Part shown: one piece after another, positions 1 to 7,895 of the stretch
How positions within the stretch are numbered: position 1 is the stretch's first letter
Layout: every line of letters begins with the position of its first letter
Made by a program: the position numbers and the translations under genes
The notes under the pieces: generated by a model
Told to the model about the DNA's origin: nothing
Databases searched by the model: none
Seen by the model: only the letters and a program-made list of their open reading frames with translations
DNA from: Candidatus Eiseniibacteriota bacterium
GTDB lineage: Bacteria > Joyebacterota > Joyebacteria > Joyebacterales > Joyebacteraceae
NCBI GenBank assembly: GCA_043819135.1
Contig: JBDRFG010000026.1
Location: forward strand, 1 to 11,838
Direction: 5' to 3'
Length of the DNA stretch: 11,838 nucleotides

Positions 1-47
1 AGGTGAGAAGACGCCGTGTTCAGCGCCCCCGCACCGTGGTCGAGCAT
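1..47 (-). CDS. Possible 5' end of an unknown CDS running off the left edge (MLDHGAGALNTASSH...)
   Basis: ATG at 47, preceded by GAAGG and by the promoter at 67-95; frame open to the edge. Too short to verify and could be a 5' UTR. Confidence 0.25.
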   Translation of the reverse strand, partial: MLDHGAGALNTASSH

Positions 48-66
48 CAGAGTACCTTCAAGGACC

Positions 67-95
67 ACTGTACCACGTACGTCTCAGTTAGTCAA
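67..95 (-). promoter_or_regulatory. sigma70-type promoter reading leftward out of the window
   Basis: Minus strand TTGACT (95-90), 17-nt spacer ending TGG (extended -10), TACAGT (72-67). Confidence 0.7.
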
Positions 96-217
96 GTGTT
101 TTGCGGGGGCGCTCGTGTCCACCGCGATAGCTGACAGCGGAGAGTGGACAGGGCTCTGGCTGTCGCAGCAGCTCAAACGGGACGACCACCGGCTGCGGCG
201 CCCAGCCGTACACGACA

Positions 218-246
218 AGAGCCCCGGCCACAAGGGCCGGGGCTCT
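218..246 (-). terminator. GC-rich hairpin just downstream of the tmRNA 3' end (terminator or processing stem)
   Basis: Perfect 12-bp inverted repeat AGAGCCCCGGCC (218-229) / GGCCGGGGCTCT (235-246), 5-nt loop, 9 nt past the CCA. U-tract is weak. Confidence 0.7.
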
Positions 247-255
247 CTGTATCTG

Positions 256-627
256 TGGTGGAGGCGGCGGGAATCGAACCCGCGTCCGAAAGTGGTTCCG
301 CGCGGACATCTACATGCATAGCCCGATGTTTAGATCTCGCTTCCCGGGTCTCCGACGGGCGGGATACCCAGGACGCCAGCCGCCGTGTTCGCTTCGCTTC
401 CTCACCCAGCGGTCAAGTTCGGAAGCTAGCTCGTGTAAGCGACGCCCCATCCCGGCACCACGAGCCAAACCGGGTGGAACGCGTCAGTTCTAACTAGTGG
501 AACTAGTTAGCAGACGTATGCCGGTGTGTAGTCGGCAGTTGAAAAGTCCCCGTTTGTTTTGCGAGCCAACGGGACCTCGACATGCCATCCGCGTTTCTCT
601 CACCCCCGTCGAAACCGGATCGCCCCC
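256..627 (-). ncRNA. ssrA: tmRNA, one-piece, ~372 nt
   Basis: 5' GGGGGCGATCCGGTTTCGAC; 3' GGACGCGGGTTCGATTCCCGCCGCCTCCACCA. Acceptor stem GGGGGCG/CGCCTCC has the G3.U alanine determinant. Conserved GCATGTCGAG and GCATGTAG blocks; PK1-like pairings CGAG/CTCG and GTCCCGTT/AACGGGGAC. Confidence 0.97.
507..536 (-). other. tmRNA tag reading frame, (A)ADYTPAYVC*
   Basis: After PK1: TTTTCAACT GCC GAC TAC ACA CCG GCA TAC GTC TGC TAA. Stop codon lies in the hairpin CTAACTAG/CTAGTTAG (490-510). Confidence 0.85.
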
Positions 628-670
628 ATACAGAGTTTTCAATGAGCCACGCGCGGCGCGCGCACTGATC

Positions 671-699
671 ATTCTACCGATGAAACGGCAGATTGTCAA
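671..699 (-). promoter_or_regulatory. sigma70-type promoter of ssrA
   Basis: TTGACA (699-694), 17 nt, TAGAAT (676-671). Predicts a ~35-40 nt precursor leader before the mature 5' end at 627. Confidence 0.85.
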
Positions 700-712
700 G
701 CAGGTCGCGTGT

Positions 713-1090
713 CTATTCCCCACCCTGCGACACCATCTTGAAGACCTCGTAGGAGCTGCCCTCGTGGAGAATGGGCTTCTCGAAGGCCTCACGTAGGGCG
801 TCTGGGTTCGTCTGAGTCGGGTCGTACTCGATGAGCGCCGTGTGCGTGCGCGCGTAGGCGACGAAGCTGACGACGCCGGGCACGTCCTGGATCTGCTGCG
901 AGAACGCCCCCGCCGTCCCGCGACACTTGAGACCCGAGACCTCGAATTCGACCGTCGACACCGTGGCCGGACGGTCGCTTTCCTCGATGAACGAAACGTC
1001 CGCCGTGGGAACGCGATACGCGTTCGTGGTCGCGAACGCCAGGAGTATGACGAGAGCAATGGCAAGCGGGATGATGACTGGCTTCTTCAT
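713..1090 (-). CDS. Membrane-anchored or exported heavy-metal-associated (HMA) fold protein, 125 aa, atypical CxxT motif
   Basis: ATG at 1090 with GGAGGA RBS; MKK plus hydrophobic PVIIPLAIALVILLAFA; HMA-like FEVSGLKCRGTA...DVPGVVSFVAYARTHTALIEYDP. The track's start at 1348 overlaps the upstream gene and is not used. Confidence 0.8.
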   Translation of the reverse strand: MKKPVIIPLAIALVILLAFATTNAYRVPTADVSFIEESDRPATVSTVEFEVSGLKCRGTAGAFSQQIQDVPGVVSFVAYARTHTALIEYDPTQTNPDALREAFEKPILHEGSSYEVFKMVSQGGE

Positions 1091-1107
1091 GTCGGTTCCT
1101 CCCCCGT

Positions 1108-1884
1108 CTACTTCCCGAACCAGGAGAGCTCGAGCGCGCCGTCCACCGGGCACTCCTCTATGCACTCGAGGCAGTTCGTGCAGTTCCTCGCCGTCACTTC
1201 GTCGACCTGCGACACGGGGATCGCGTGGGCGCACGCCCTGTCGCAAGCTCCGCAGCTCGTGCACGTCTTCTTGTTCCGACGAACGCGGAGCGCTCCCGCC
1301 CTGGACAGCGGGTCCATGGCTGCACCCATCGGACACAGGTAGCGGCACCAGAAGAACGGAACGAAGAGCGCCGCACCGAGAACACCGACGACGATGAGGG
1401 AGCTCAGTGCGGCCGTCCCATGTCCTCCCCAGGTGAACAGAATGTAGAAGGGATCGAACGCCCTGAACCCGAGGTCGAACTTCCAGACCGTGAACGTCAG
1501 CACCGGAACAGCGATGAGAACGACGTAGCGCAGGTTCATGAGCACGCGGTCAGCGCGAGTGGGAAGGCGGAAGCGTCTGCGGAAGACCTTCCCGCCCAGC
1601 CGGCCTAGCCAATCCTGCACGGTACCGAGCGGACAGACCCAGCCGCAGAACGACTTCTTCGACAGGACGGTCAACACGAGCACCGACACCAGAAGCGCGA
1701 CGTTCAGCTCCGTCAGAGCGCACGCGTAGGACTTGTACCGCACGAGCGGATAGAGGGCGACAAGCCCGCCGAACGGGCAATAGAACTCGCACGTGTTGGG
1801 CGTGTGGCCCGCAAGCCCCCTGAAGAGCAGCGCCACAGTGCCCGCCAGGAAGACGAGCTGTACCACGGTCCGCAGGGTCCTCAT
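1108..1884 (-). CDS. Integral-membrane polyferredoxin / 4Fe-4S binding protein (NapH/MauN/YccM-like), 258 aa
   Basis: About 4 hydrophobic helices; CEFYCP, FCGWVCP and WCRYLCP (CxxxCP) motifs; two C-terminal ferredoxin motifs CTSCGACDRAC and CTNCLECIEECP. Start ATG overlaps the upstream TGA (ATGA, 1881-1884). Confidence 0.9.
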   Translation of the reverse strand: MRTLRTVVQLVFLAGTVALLFRGLAGHTPNTCEFYCPFGGLVALYPLVRYKSYACALTELNVALLVSVLVLTVLSKKSFCGWVCPLGTVQDWLGRLGGKVFRRRFRLPTRADRVLMNLRYVVLIAVPVLTFTVWKFDLGFRAFDPFYILFTWGGHGTAALSSLIVVGVLGAALFVPFFWCRYLCPMGAAMDPLSRAGALRVRRNKKTCTSCGACDRACAHAIPVSQVDEVTARNCTNCLECIEECPVDGALELSWFGK

Positions 1885-2816
1885 TCGGTCCCCCCCGCAT
1901 TCCACATGTCCTCGAGCGTCCGTTCGATCGGCGTACTCGGCCGCCACTCCGTCTCCTCGGTGATGCGCGTGATGTCGGCTCTCACGACCGGCACCTCCAC
2001 GGCCCGGAGTCGATCCTCCTCCGTTTCGATCTCGGCGGGAACCGAGGAGACCTCAAGGAGTATTCTGATGACCTCCTCGACCGAACGGTCCGTCGCCGAT
2101 GCGACGTTGTAGGCGCGCGCGTTCGCGCCGTCTGCGAGCAGCGTATCGAGGGCGGCGACGGCGTCCCTCACGTCGAGGAAATCACGGCGCGCCGAGACGA
2201 GACCTACCCTGAGCCGGGAGCTTCCCTCGACGGACATCCGCCGAAGCTGCGACACGAACGTAGCGGGCACGAGGTGGTCGGGCTGTCCTGGTCCGAGGAT
2301 ATTGAAGAACCTCGCGCGCACGATCTCGAGGTCGGAGCCCAGGGCCATCGCGTGCGCGAGGTGGTCCTGCGCCGCCTTGCTCAGAGCGTAGTCGGTCACG
2401 GGCCGGAAGGGCGTGTCCTCGGTGATGGGGATCTCGTCCGGTCGCACCCGGCCGTACATGGCCGCGGAGCCCACCTGGACGACGCGAACGCGACCGCACT
2501 CGTCAGCGAGCGCGCGGTAGAGGCGCTCGGTGCCGAGCACGTTGATGTCGAGGTGGTCAGCGAGCGTCCCCCCCACCATGAGGCTGGCGAGGTGGACGAC
2601 GGCCGACGGCCGGCACTCGGCGACGAGCGCCCGCACCTCGGACTCCACACCAAGGTCCACCCGCCGGTATAGCTCTTCTCTGAACCCGCTGGGGCGCGGT
2701 TGCTCGCTGGTAGTCCAGACCTCGACGTCGGGATGGCGCTCGGCCCAGTGCCTGAGCACCCACCGCCCCACGAAGCCCGTAGCGCCCGTCACGAGGAGGC
2801 GATCGGAGTCTCCCAA
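1881..2816 (-). CDS. Extended SDR NDP-sugar reductase/epimerase, resembling GDP-4-keto-6-deoxy-D-mannose reductase (Rmd)
   Basis: TGATGFVG Rossmann motif, HLA, GSAAMYG, catalytic YALSK, ARFFNILGPGQ, RDFLDVRD; TTG start with AAGGAG RBS. Confidence 0.85.
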   Translation of the reverse strand: MGDSDRLLVTGATGFVGRWVLRHWAERHPDVEVWTTSEQPRPSGFREELYRRVDLGVESEVRALVAECRPSAVVHLASLMVGGTLADHLDINVLGTERLYRALADECGRVRVVQVGSAAMYGRVRPDEIPITEDTPFRPVTDYALSKAAQDHLAHAMALGSDLEIVRARFFNILGPGQPDHLVPATFVSQLRRMSVEGSSRLRVGLVSARRDFLDVRDAVAALDTLLADGANARAYNVASATDRSVEEVIRILLEVSSVPAEIETEEDRLRAVEVPVVRADITRITEETEWRPSTPIERTLEDMWNAGGTE

Positions 2817-2903
2817 ATCCTCTCCTTCAGCGGCCCCGGCCGCGTGCGGACAGCGCCGCGCTCGCCCGGGAGCCCGCGGCCGGGCGTCCGGCCGCGGAAC
2901 GCG

Positions 2904-3611
2904 CTACCCCAGCAGCCTGTCGCGCATCGATTCGAAATCTCTGTTCGCGCGATCGTAGTCGTCGGGCCGTCCGATGTCCAGCCAGTAGCCGTCGTACGGG
3001 TAGACCCTGACGTCGAGCTCCTGCTCGAGCGACGCGAGCATGAGGTCGTCGAAACCGAACGCGCGGCCGTCGGGCACCAGACTGAGGATCTCCCGTGAGA
3101 AGGCGTAGATACCCATGCTGACACTGAAGCGCTCGGTCGGCTTCTCCGTGAACCTGGTGAGTCTCTTGCTGTCGGCGTCGTAACCGAGCACGCCGAAATC
3201 TATCTTCACCTCGCGCTCGTAGACGGCGACCGTGCCCATGGCGCCGCTCTCGACGTGGGTGCGGTAGAGGTCGGCGAGGTCGAGGTCCGTCAGGAGGTCC
3301 CCGTTCATGACGAGGAAGTGCTCGGGAAGATCTTCGATGAGCTTGAGCGGCCCGATGGTCGAGAGCGGCTGGTCCTCGATGGAGTAATCGAGCGGCACTC
3401 CCCACTTCGCCCCGTCGCCGAAGTAGGCCATGATCAGCTCTGCCATGTGACCGACGGTGAGGGTGGCCCTCTCGCACCCGCACTTCGCGAGACGGTGGAG
3501 CAGAATGTCCAGGATCGAGCGGTCTCCAAGCGGAACGAGCGGCTTGGGGATAGTCGTCGTGTACGGCCTCAGGCGTGTGCCCTTCCCTCCGGCAAGGATG
3601 ACGGCTCGCAT
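2904..3611 (-). CDS. Sugar-phosphate nucleotidyltransferase (single domain, mannose-1-P guanylyltransferase/PtmE-like)
   Basis: AVILAGGKGTRLRP, PKPL, VMNGDLLTD, EKP, WLDIG motifs; GGAGAG RBS. Confidence 0.92.
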   Translation of the reverse strand: MRAVILAGGKGTRLRPYTTTIPKPLVPLGDRSILDILLHRLAKCGCERATLTVGHMAELIMAYFGDGAKWGVPLDYSIEDQPLSTIGPLKLIEDLPEHFLVMNGDLLTDLDLADLYRTHVESGAMGTVAVYEREVKIDFGVLGYDADSKRLTRFTEKPTERFSVSMGIYAFSREILSLVPDGRAFGFDDLMLASLEQELDVRVYPYDGYWLDIGRPDDYDRANRDFESMRDRLLG

Positions 3612-3631
3612 CAGTCTCTCCTGTCGCGGCT

Positions 3632-4624
3632 CTAGACCGCGTACTCCTCGGGACGATACAGGTCCGGGTGCTCGCGCACGAACTCGATGGTCAGCGCGAG
3701 TCCCTCGTCGAGCGACACGCTCGGCTCCCAGCCCATCAGCGACTTCGCCTTAGAGTTATCGCAGATGAGCTTCATCACTTCGCTCTTGTCGGGACGAACG
3801 CGGCTCTCGCGGCTCACGATCCTCGCCGACGGGTTCGTCATCTCCACGATCTTCTGCGCCAGTGCGCCGATGCTGATCGAACGACCGTTTCCGACGTTGA
3901 CCGTCTCGCCGACGGCGGCGTCACACTCAGCTATCGCCATGAACCCTCGGGCCGTGTCGCCGACGAACGTCAGGTCGCGCTCGGGCGTCAGCGAGCCCAG
4001 CTCCACGACGTCGCTTCCCGCGAGGAGCTGGGAGATGACGGTGGGAATGACGGCCCGGGCGGACTGTCTGGGCCCGTAGGTGTTGAACGGCCTGAGCGTG
4101 GCGACCGGGACATCGAAGCTCTTGAAGTAGCTCTCGACGATCTTGTCGGCCCCTATCTTCGAGGCGCTGTACGGCGACTGACCCTGGAGCGGGTGCTTCT
4201 CGTCGATGGGCTCGTAGAGGGCCGTGCCGTACGCCTCGCTCGTGGACGTGTGAACCATCCGCGGCACGTCGAACCGGCGCACCGCGTCGAGTAGGTTCAT
4301 CGTCCCGAAGATGTTCGTGGCAACGTAGCTTCTCGGAGCGGCGTAGCTGTACGGAATGCCGATGAGCGCGGCGAGGTGGAAGACGCAGTCGCACCCCTCG
4401 ACTACGCCGGCGACGCTCCCCGAATCCTCGACGTTCCCCATGGTGACCGTCACGCGTCGCATCTGCTCGTCAGTGAGGAACCTGAGATTACCCCAGTCCC
4501 CGCGGCTGTTGTAGTGGACGAACGCTCGAACCCGCGCCCCCTCGTCGGCCAGCATGCCGGCCAGGTTGCTTCCGATGAAACCGGCTGCCCCGGTTACCAG
4601 GACATCCTTCTCGTTCCAGGCCAT
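3632..4624 (-). CDS. NAD-dependent NDP-sugar 4,6-dehydratase, LegB-like
   Basis: VTGAAGFIGS, FHLAALIGIPYSY, HTSTSEAYGTA, QGQSPYSASK, RPFNTYGPRQSARAVIPT, characteristic of the LegB-like subfamily. Confidence 0.88.
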   Translation of the reverse strand: MAWNEKDVLVTGAAGFIGSNLAGMLADEGARVRAFVHYNSRGDWGNLRFLTDEQMRRVTVTMGNVEDSGSVAGVVEGCDCVFHLAALIGIPYSYAAPRSYVATNIFGTMNLLDAVRRFDVPRMVHTSTSEAYGTALYEPIDEKHPLQGQSPYSASKIGADKIVESYFKSFDVPVATLRPFNTYGPRQSARAVIPTVISQLLAGSDVVELGSLTPERDLTFVGDTARGFMAIAECDAAVGETVNVGNGRSISIGALAQKIVEMTNPSARIVSRESRVRPDKSEVMKLICDNSKAKSLMGWEPSVSLDEGLALTIEFVREHPDLYRPEEYAV

Positions 4625-4625
4625 G

Positions 4626-5720
4626 TCATGAGCTCCGCTTCCGTGACCGCGGGGACCCTTCTGTCACCCGCGCATAAACGTCGAGGAGCATCTCGAGGTT
4701 GCGCCGTGCTTCAGCCCGCATCTCGTCCGGGTCGCGGCGGGGAGTCGAGAACGCCTCCTCGAGCCGCGCGGCCATGTCCTCGGTGCTCTCTTTCTTATAC
4801 AGCATAACACCATCCGGGCGAAACGCCGTGTCGCTCGTCACGGCCGGTATGCCGGCCGCCAGCGCTTCCCTAACGGACATGGAGTCCCCGTCGATCAGCG
4901 TGCTCCGCAGGAAGACGTCTGAGCGGCCGAGGAGCGCCCCGAAGTCCGGGATGTTCCTGACAACGAGCGCGTTCCTGAGAAGCCCCTTCTCCTCGAGGAG
5001 CGAGCGGAATTGCGCCTCGTACTCGGGGTTGCCGTACCGCGTCATCACGAGGACGTACCCGACGTTCGGGCGAGCCTCCCGCACGCGGGCCAGTGCCTCC
5101 ACCGCCTCCAGAAGGCCGTACTCGACGGACGCGGCGCCGGTCGAGGCGATGACGGGCGAGTGACCATCCACGAAGGACGAGACGTCGGGCGGCAGCTCGC
5201 TCTTCACGGCGTCCGCGAGCTGGAAGCTATTGGTGACCTGGAAGATGGGCACGCCAGGCAGGAGACCTTCGAGAGAGCCGCGAATCGCGTCGTTGCAGGG
5301 CAGAAGAGCCCTGGCGGAACGCAGCGCCCCGCGCGCGAGCCAGCGACCGGGCAGACCCATCCCCGCGATGAAGTCCGGGAACGCTCCCCCCACGAACGAG
5401 ACGACCATCGTCCGGTGTGTCAGGCGCGCCAGCATCAGGCACACGAAGCCCATCCAGAACGACCTGTAGCTCGCGGAGACGTAGTGGTGAACGTCGCTCC
5501 GCGACCGCGCGAGCGCCCGCCAGAGCTCGACCACCTCTCTCACGCGGTTCCGGCCGCCGAAGCTTGTGACGTTGTCCCCGGCCGGACTTCCGTGGCCGAG
5601 GTTGAACACCGACACGTCGCGGCCGCTCGCCGTGAGAGCGCGCTCCATCTGCGTCATGAGCGTGGCGACACCGCCGTAGGGCGGCGGGTAGTGCCCGATC
5701 AGTGTCACTCGCATCGGCAT
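4626..5720 (-). CDS. Glycosyltransferase, GT-B fold, family 4
   Basis: N-terminal IGHYPPPYGGVAT; C-terminal SDVFLRSTLIDGDSMSVREALAAGIPAVTSD (variant Ex7E). Start uncertain (ATG 5720, ATG 5714 or TTG 5735). Confidence 0.88.
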   Translation of the reverse strand: MPMRVTLIGHYPPPYGGVATLMTQMERALTASGRDVSVFNLGHGSPAGDNVTSFGGRNRVREVVELWRALARSRSDVHHYVSASYRSFWMGFVCLMLARLTHRTMVVSFVGGAFPDFIAGMGLPGRWLARGALRSARALLPCNDAIRGSLEGLLPGVPIFQVTNSFQLADAVKSELPPDVSSFVDGHSPVIASTGAASVEYGLLEAVEALARVREARPNVGYVLVMTRYGNPEYEAQFRSLLEEKGLLRNALVVRNIPDFGALLGRSDVFLRSTLIDGDSMSVREALAAGIPAVTSDTAFRPDGVMLYKKESTEDMAARLEEAFSTPRRDPDEMRAEARRNLEMLLDVYARVTEGSPRSRKRSS

Positions 5721-5753
5721 CGGTGGTCGTCCCAAGGCATGAGGAACCAGCGG

Positions 5754-7895
5754 CTAGAGAGCGATTGCCTTACTCGAGCGGAACGACTCGATCGCCTTGA
5801 AGGTCGCCCGCGTTCCCGCCTCAAGCTCGGCGTAGGGTATCGGAGGCGGCGTCCCGTTCCTGATCGAATCGAGGAAAGCCTTCATCATCTGCGGCTGCCC
5901 CTTGTTCTGGCCGGGAAGCCTCTTCCTGCCGGTCTTGCTGCCGTACGTCTCGAGTTCCTTGAAGTCCCTGATGATCCCGGCCGAGCCGGCCCTGTAGATC
6001 TCGATGTACTCCTTGAAGAGCGAGCTCGGTCCGTTTGCCAGGTACGAGACGACGCCGATGGAACCGTCGGCGAAACGCAGGTTGACGTTGACCGTGTCCT
6101 CCAGATGCTCGGGCTCGTCCATGACCGTCGCGTGGACCTCGACGGGAAGGGCCCCGCACATGAAGATCATGTAGTCGATGAAGTGGCAGGCCTCGCCGAT
6201 GATGCGCCCGCCGCCAATGTCCGGCTGCTGCATCCATTGGTCGGCCGGCATCGCCCCCGCGTTGACGCGGTAGATCATCGACATCGGCCCGCTGCCAACG
6301 AGATCCTTGAGCGCAACGGTCAGCGGAGAGAAGCGCCGGTTGTAGCCAACCATGAGCGCGGCGCTCCCGCCCTCGGCGGACAGCTTTTCGACAGCAGCCG
6401 TGATCTCGTCGAGTTCCTCCTCCCTGAGACAGAGGGGTTTCTCAACGAACGCGTTGCGGCCCTCCTCGATGGCCTTGAGGACGTACCGGGCGTGGGAGTC
6501 GTGACGCGTCGCGATGAAGACCGTGTTGATGTCCTTGTCGCCCCAGACGTCGTTCTCGTCCGCCGTGCAGAACTGGAAGCCGTAGCGGTCCGCGACCGAC
6601 CTCGCGCTCGTTCCTGTCGCCGTCATCACGCCCTTGAGCACCACGTCGTCGCCCTTGATGTTCGGCAGCAGGTTGTTCATGGCGTAGCTTCCCGCACCGA
6701 TGAACGCGACGTTGACCTTGCCGCTGGGTGCCGCGGCAGAGAGCTCCACCTTGGGCCGCCCACGCTTCTTCTCGACGTCGAAGTCGATGAGAATGCCCAG
6801 GTAGTCCTCGTTCCTCCCGAGGATGATGTCGTAGGCGCCGGGTGCGTCCTCGAGCTTGAAGCGGTGCGTCGTGAGGAACCCGGGGTCAATCCTACCGGAG
6901 GAGAGCAGCTGCTGGAACGCCCGCATGTTCCGGTTCTCGGTCCAGCGCACGTAGGACGCCGGGTAGTCTATGCCGCGCTCCTCGTAGTTGATGTCGTACC
7001 GGCCGGGCCCGTAGGAACACGACATTCTGAGGTCCAGCTCCTTCTTGTAGTAGGTGTCCTGATCGAAGCTTGTCGGTACCCGGCCCACGATGACGACGCG
7101 CCCCTTCTTCTTCGAGAGACGACCGGCCATGTTGACGGGGCCCTCGCTGCTCGACGCGGCCGTGATGATGGCGGCGTCGGCGCCGATGCCGCCGGTGATC
7201 TCGAACAGCTTTTCCTCGAGCCCGGCCTCTTCGGTCGTGTATGCGTGGTCGGCGCTGTGCTCGCGCGCGACGTCTACGGCCTCGGGTCGGATGTCGATGC
7301 CGACGGCCGTGACGCCGCTCGCGCGGAGCATGAGACACGTCAGCTGACCGAGAAGTCCGAGGCCTACGACGACGCACGTCTCGCCGAGGCGCAGGTCGGC
7401 CTGCCGGATGCCCTGAAGCGCTATCGCGCCAACGGTGTTGTAAGCCGCGAACTCGAGGTTCGCGTCGGACGGCAGCTTCACGCAGAGGTTGGTCGGAACG
7501 GCGACGTACTCGGCGTGGTTCGCGTAGCCCGCACCGCCGCAGGCGGCGAGGTCGCCGGGCGAGAACCCTCGGACGTCAGACGCCACCTCCACCACCTCCC
7601 CCGCGCAGCTGTAGCCCAGCGGCGAGTGCGCGTCGAGCTTCTTCATCACGGCGCGGTACGTCTGGACCGGGCCCTTCTGCTTGAGCGACTCGATGACCTG
7701 CTTGAACTGCTCAGGGCGCTCCTTGACCTTCCCCACGTAGCCCTTCCGCGCCGCGCTCACGGTGCTGCTCTCGGTGCCTGCACTGATGACGGAGTGGTGG
7801 ACCCGCACCAGGACCTGTCCGGCGTTCAGCACGGGCTCCGGCACATCGATGACGCGGAGCTTTCCTTCCTTCAGCTTTTGCGTGAGCTGCCTCAT
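5754..7895 (-). CDS. Two-domain oxidoreductase (MDR/ADH-like N-terminus + Gfo/Idh/MocA C-terminus), 713 aa
   Basis: ISAGTE, PLGYSCAG, GLGLLG, SCSYGPGRYD in the N-terminal half; IGAGSYA, ATRHDSH, FVEKP, VGYNRRFSP, GGGRIIGEACHFID in the C-terminal half. ATGA overlap with the upstream gene. Confidence 0.92.
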   Translation of the reverse strand: MRQLTQKLKEGKLRVIDVPEPVLNAGQVLVRVHHSVISAGTESSTVSAARKGYVGKVKERPEQFKQVIESLKQKGPVQTYRAVMKKLDAHSPLGYSCAGEVVEVASDVRGFSPGDLAACGGAGYANHAEYVAVPTNLCVKLPSDANLEFAAYNTVGAIALQGIRQADLRLGETCVVVGLGLLGQLTCLMLRASGVTAVGIDIRPEAVDVAREHSADHAYTTEEAGLEEKLFEITGGIGADAAIITAASSSEGPVNMAGRLSKKKGRVVIVGRVPTSFDQDTYYKKELDLRMSCSYGPGRYDINYEERGIDYPASYVRWTENRNMRAFQQLLSSGRIDPGFLTTHRFKLEDAPGAYDIILGRNEDYLGILIDFDVEKKRGRPKVELSAAAPSGKVNVAFIGAGSYAMNNLLPNIKGDDVVLKGVMTATGTSARSVADRYGFQFCTADENDVWGDKDINTVFIATRHDSHARYVLKAIEEGRNAFVEKPLCLREEELDEITAAVEKLSAEGGSAALMVGYNRRFSPLTVALKDLVGSGPMSMIYRVNAGAMPADQWMQQPDIGGGRIIGEACHFIDYMIFMCGALPVEVHATVMDEPEHLEDTVNVNLRFADGSIGVVSYLANGPSSLFKEYIEIYRAGSAGIIRDFKELETYGSKTGRKRLPGQNKGQPQMMKAFLDSIRNGTPPPIPYAELEAGTRATFKAIESFRSSKAIAL

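Noticed and set aside
125..210. Small hairpins (GACAGC/GCTGTC, CGGCTG/CAGCCG) between the ssrA hairpin and the next promoter
   Set aside because: 6-bp stems are expected by chance at this GC content, and there is no repeat-spacer periodicity suggesting CRISPR.
1..260. Integrative element at the ssrA 3' end
   Set aside because: No integrase or duplicated ssrA 3' end is visible. Only ~250 nt of downstream sequence is available, so it cannot be excluded beyond the edge.
16..1065. ORFs overlapping the tmRNA (16-321, 88-309, 144-497, 490-1065, 497-796)
   Set aside because: They are translations of tmRNA, promoter or HMA sequence (for example WWRRRESNPRP is the antisense T-arm/acceptor end).
713..1884. 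Selenocysteine recoding in the Fe-S or HMA genes
   Set aside because: Both frames are open, have Cys codons at the motif positions and end in TAG; there is no in-frame TGA.
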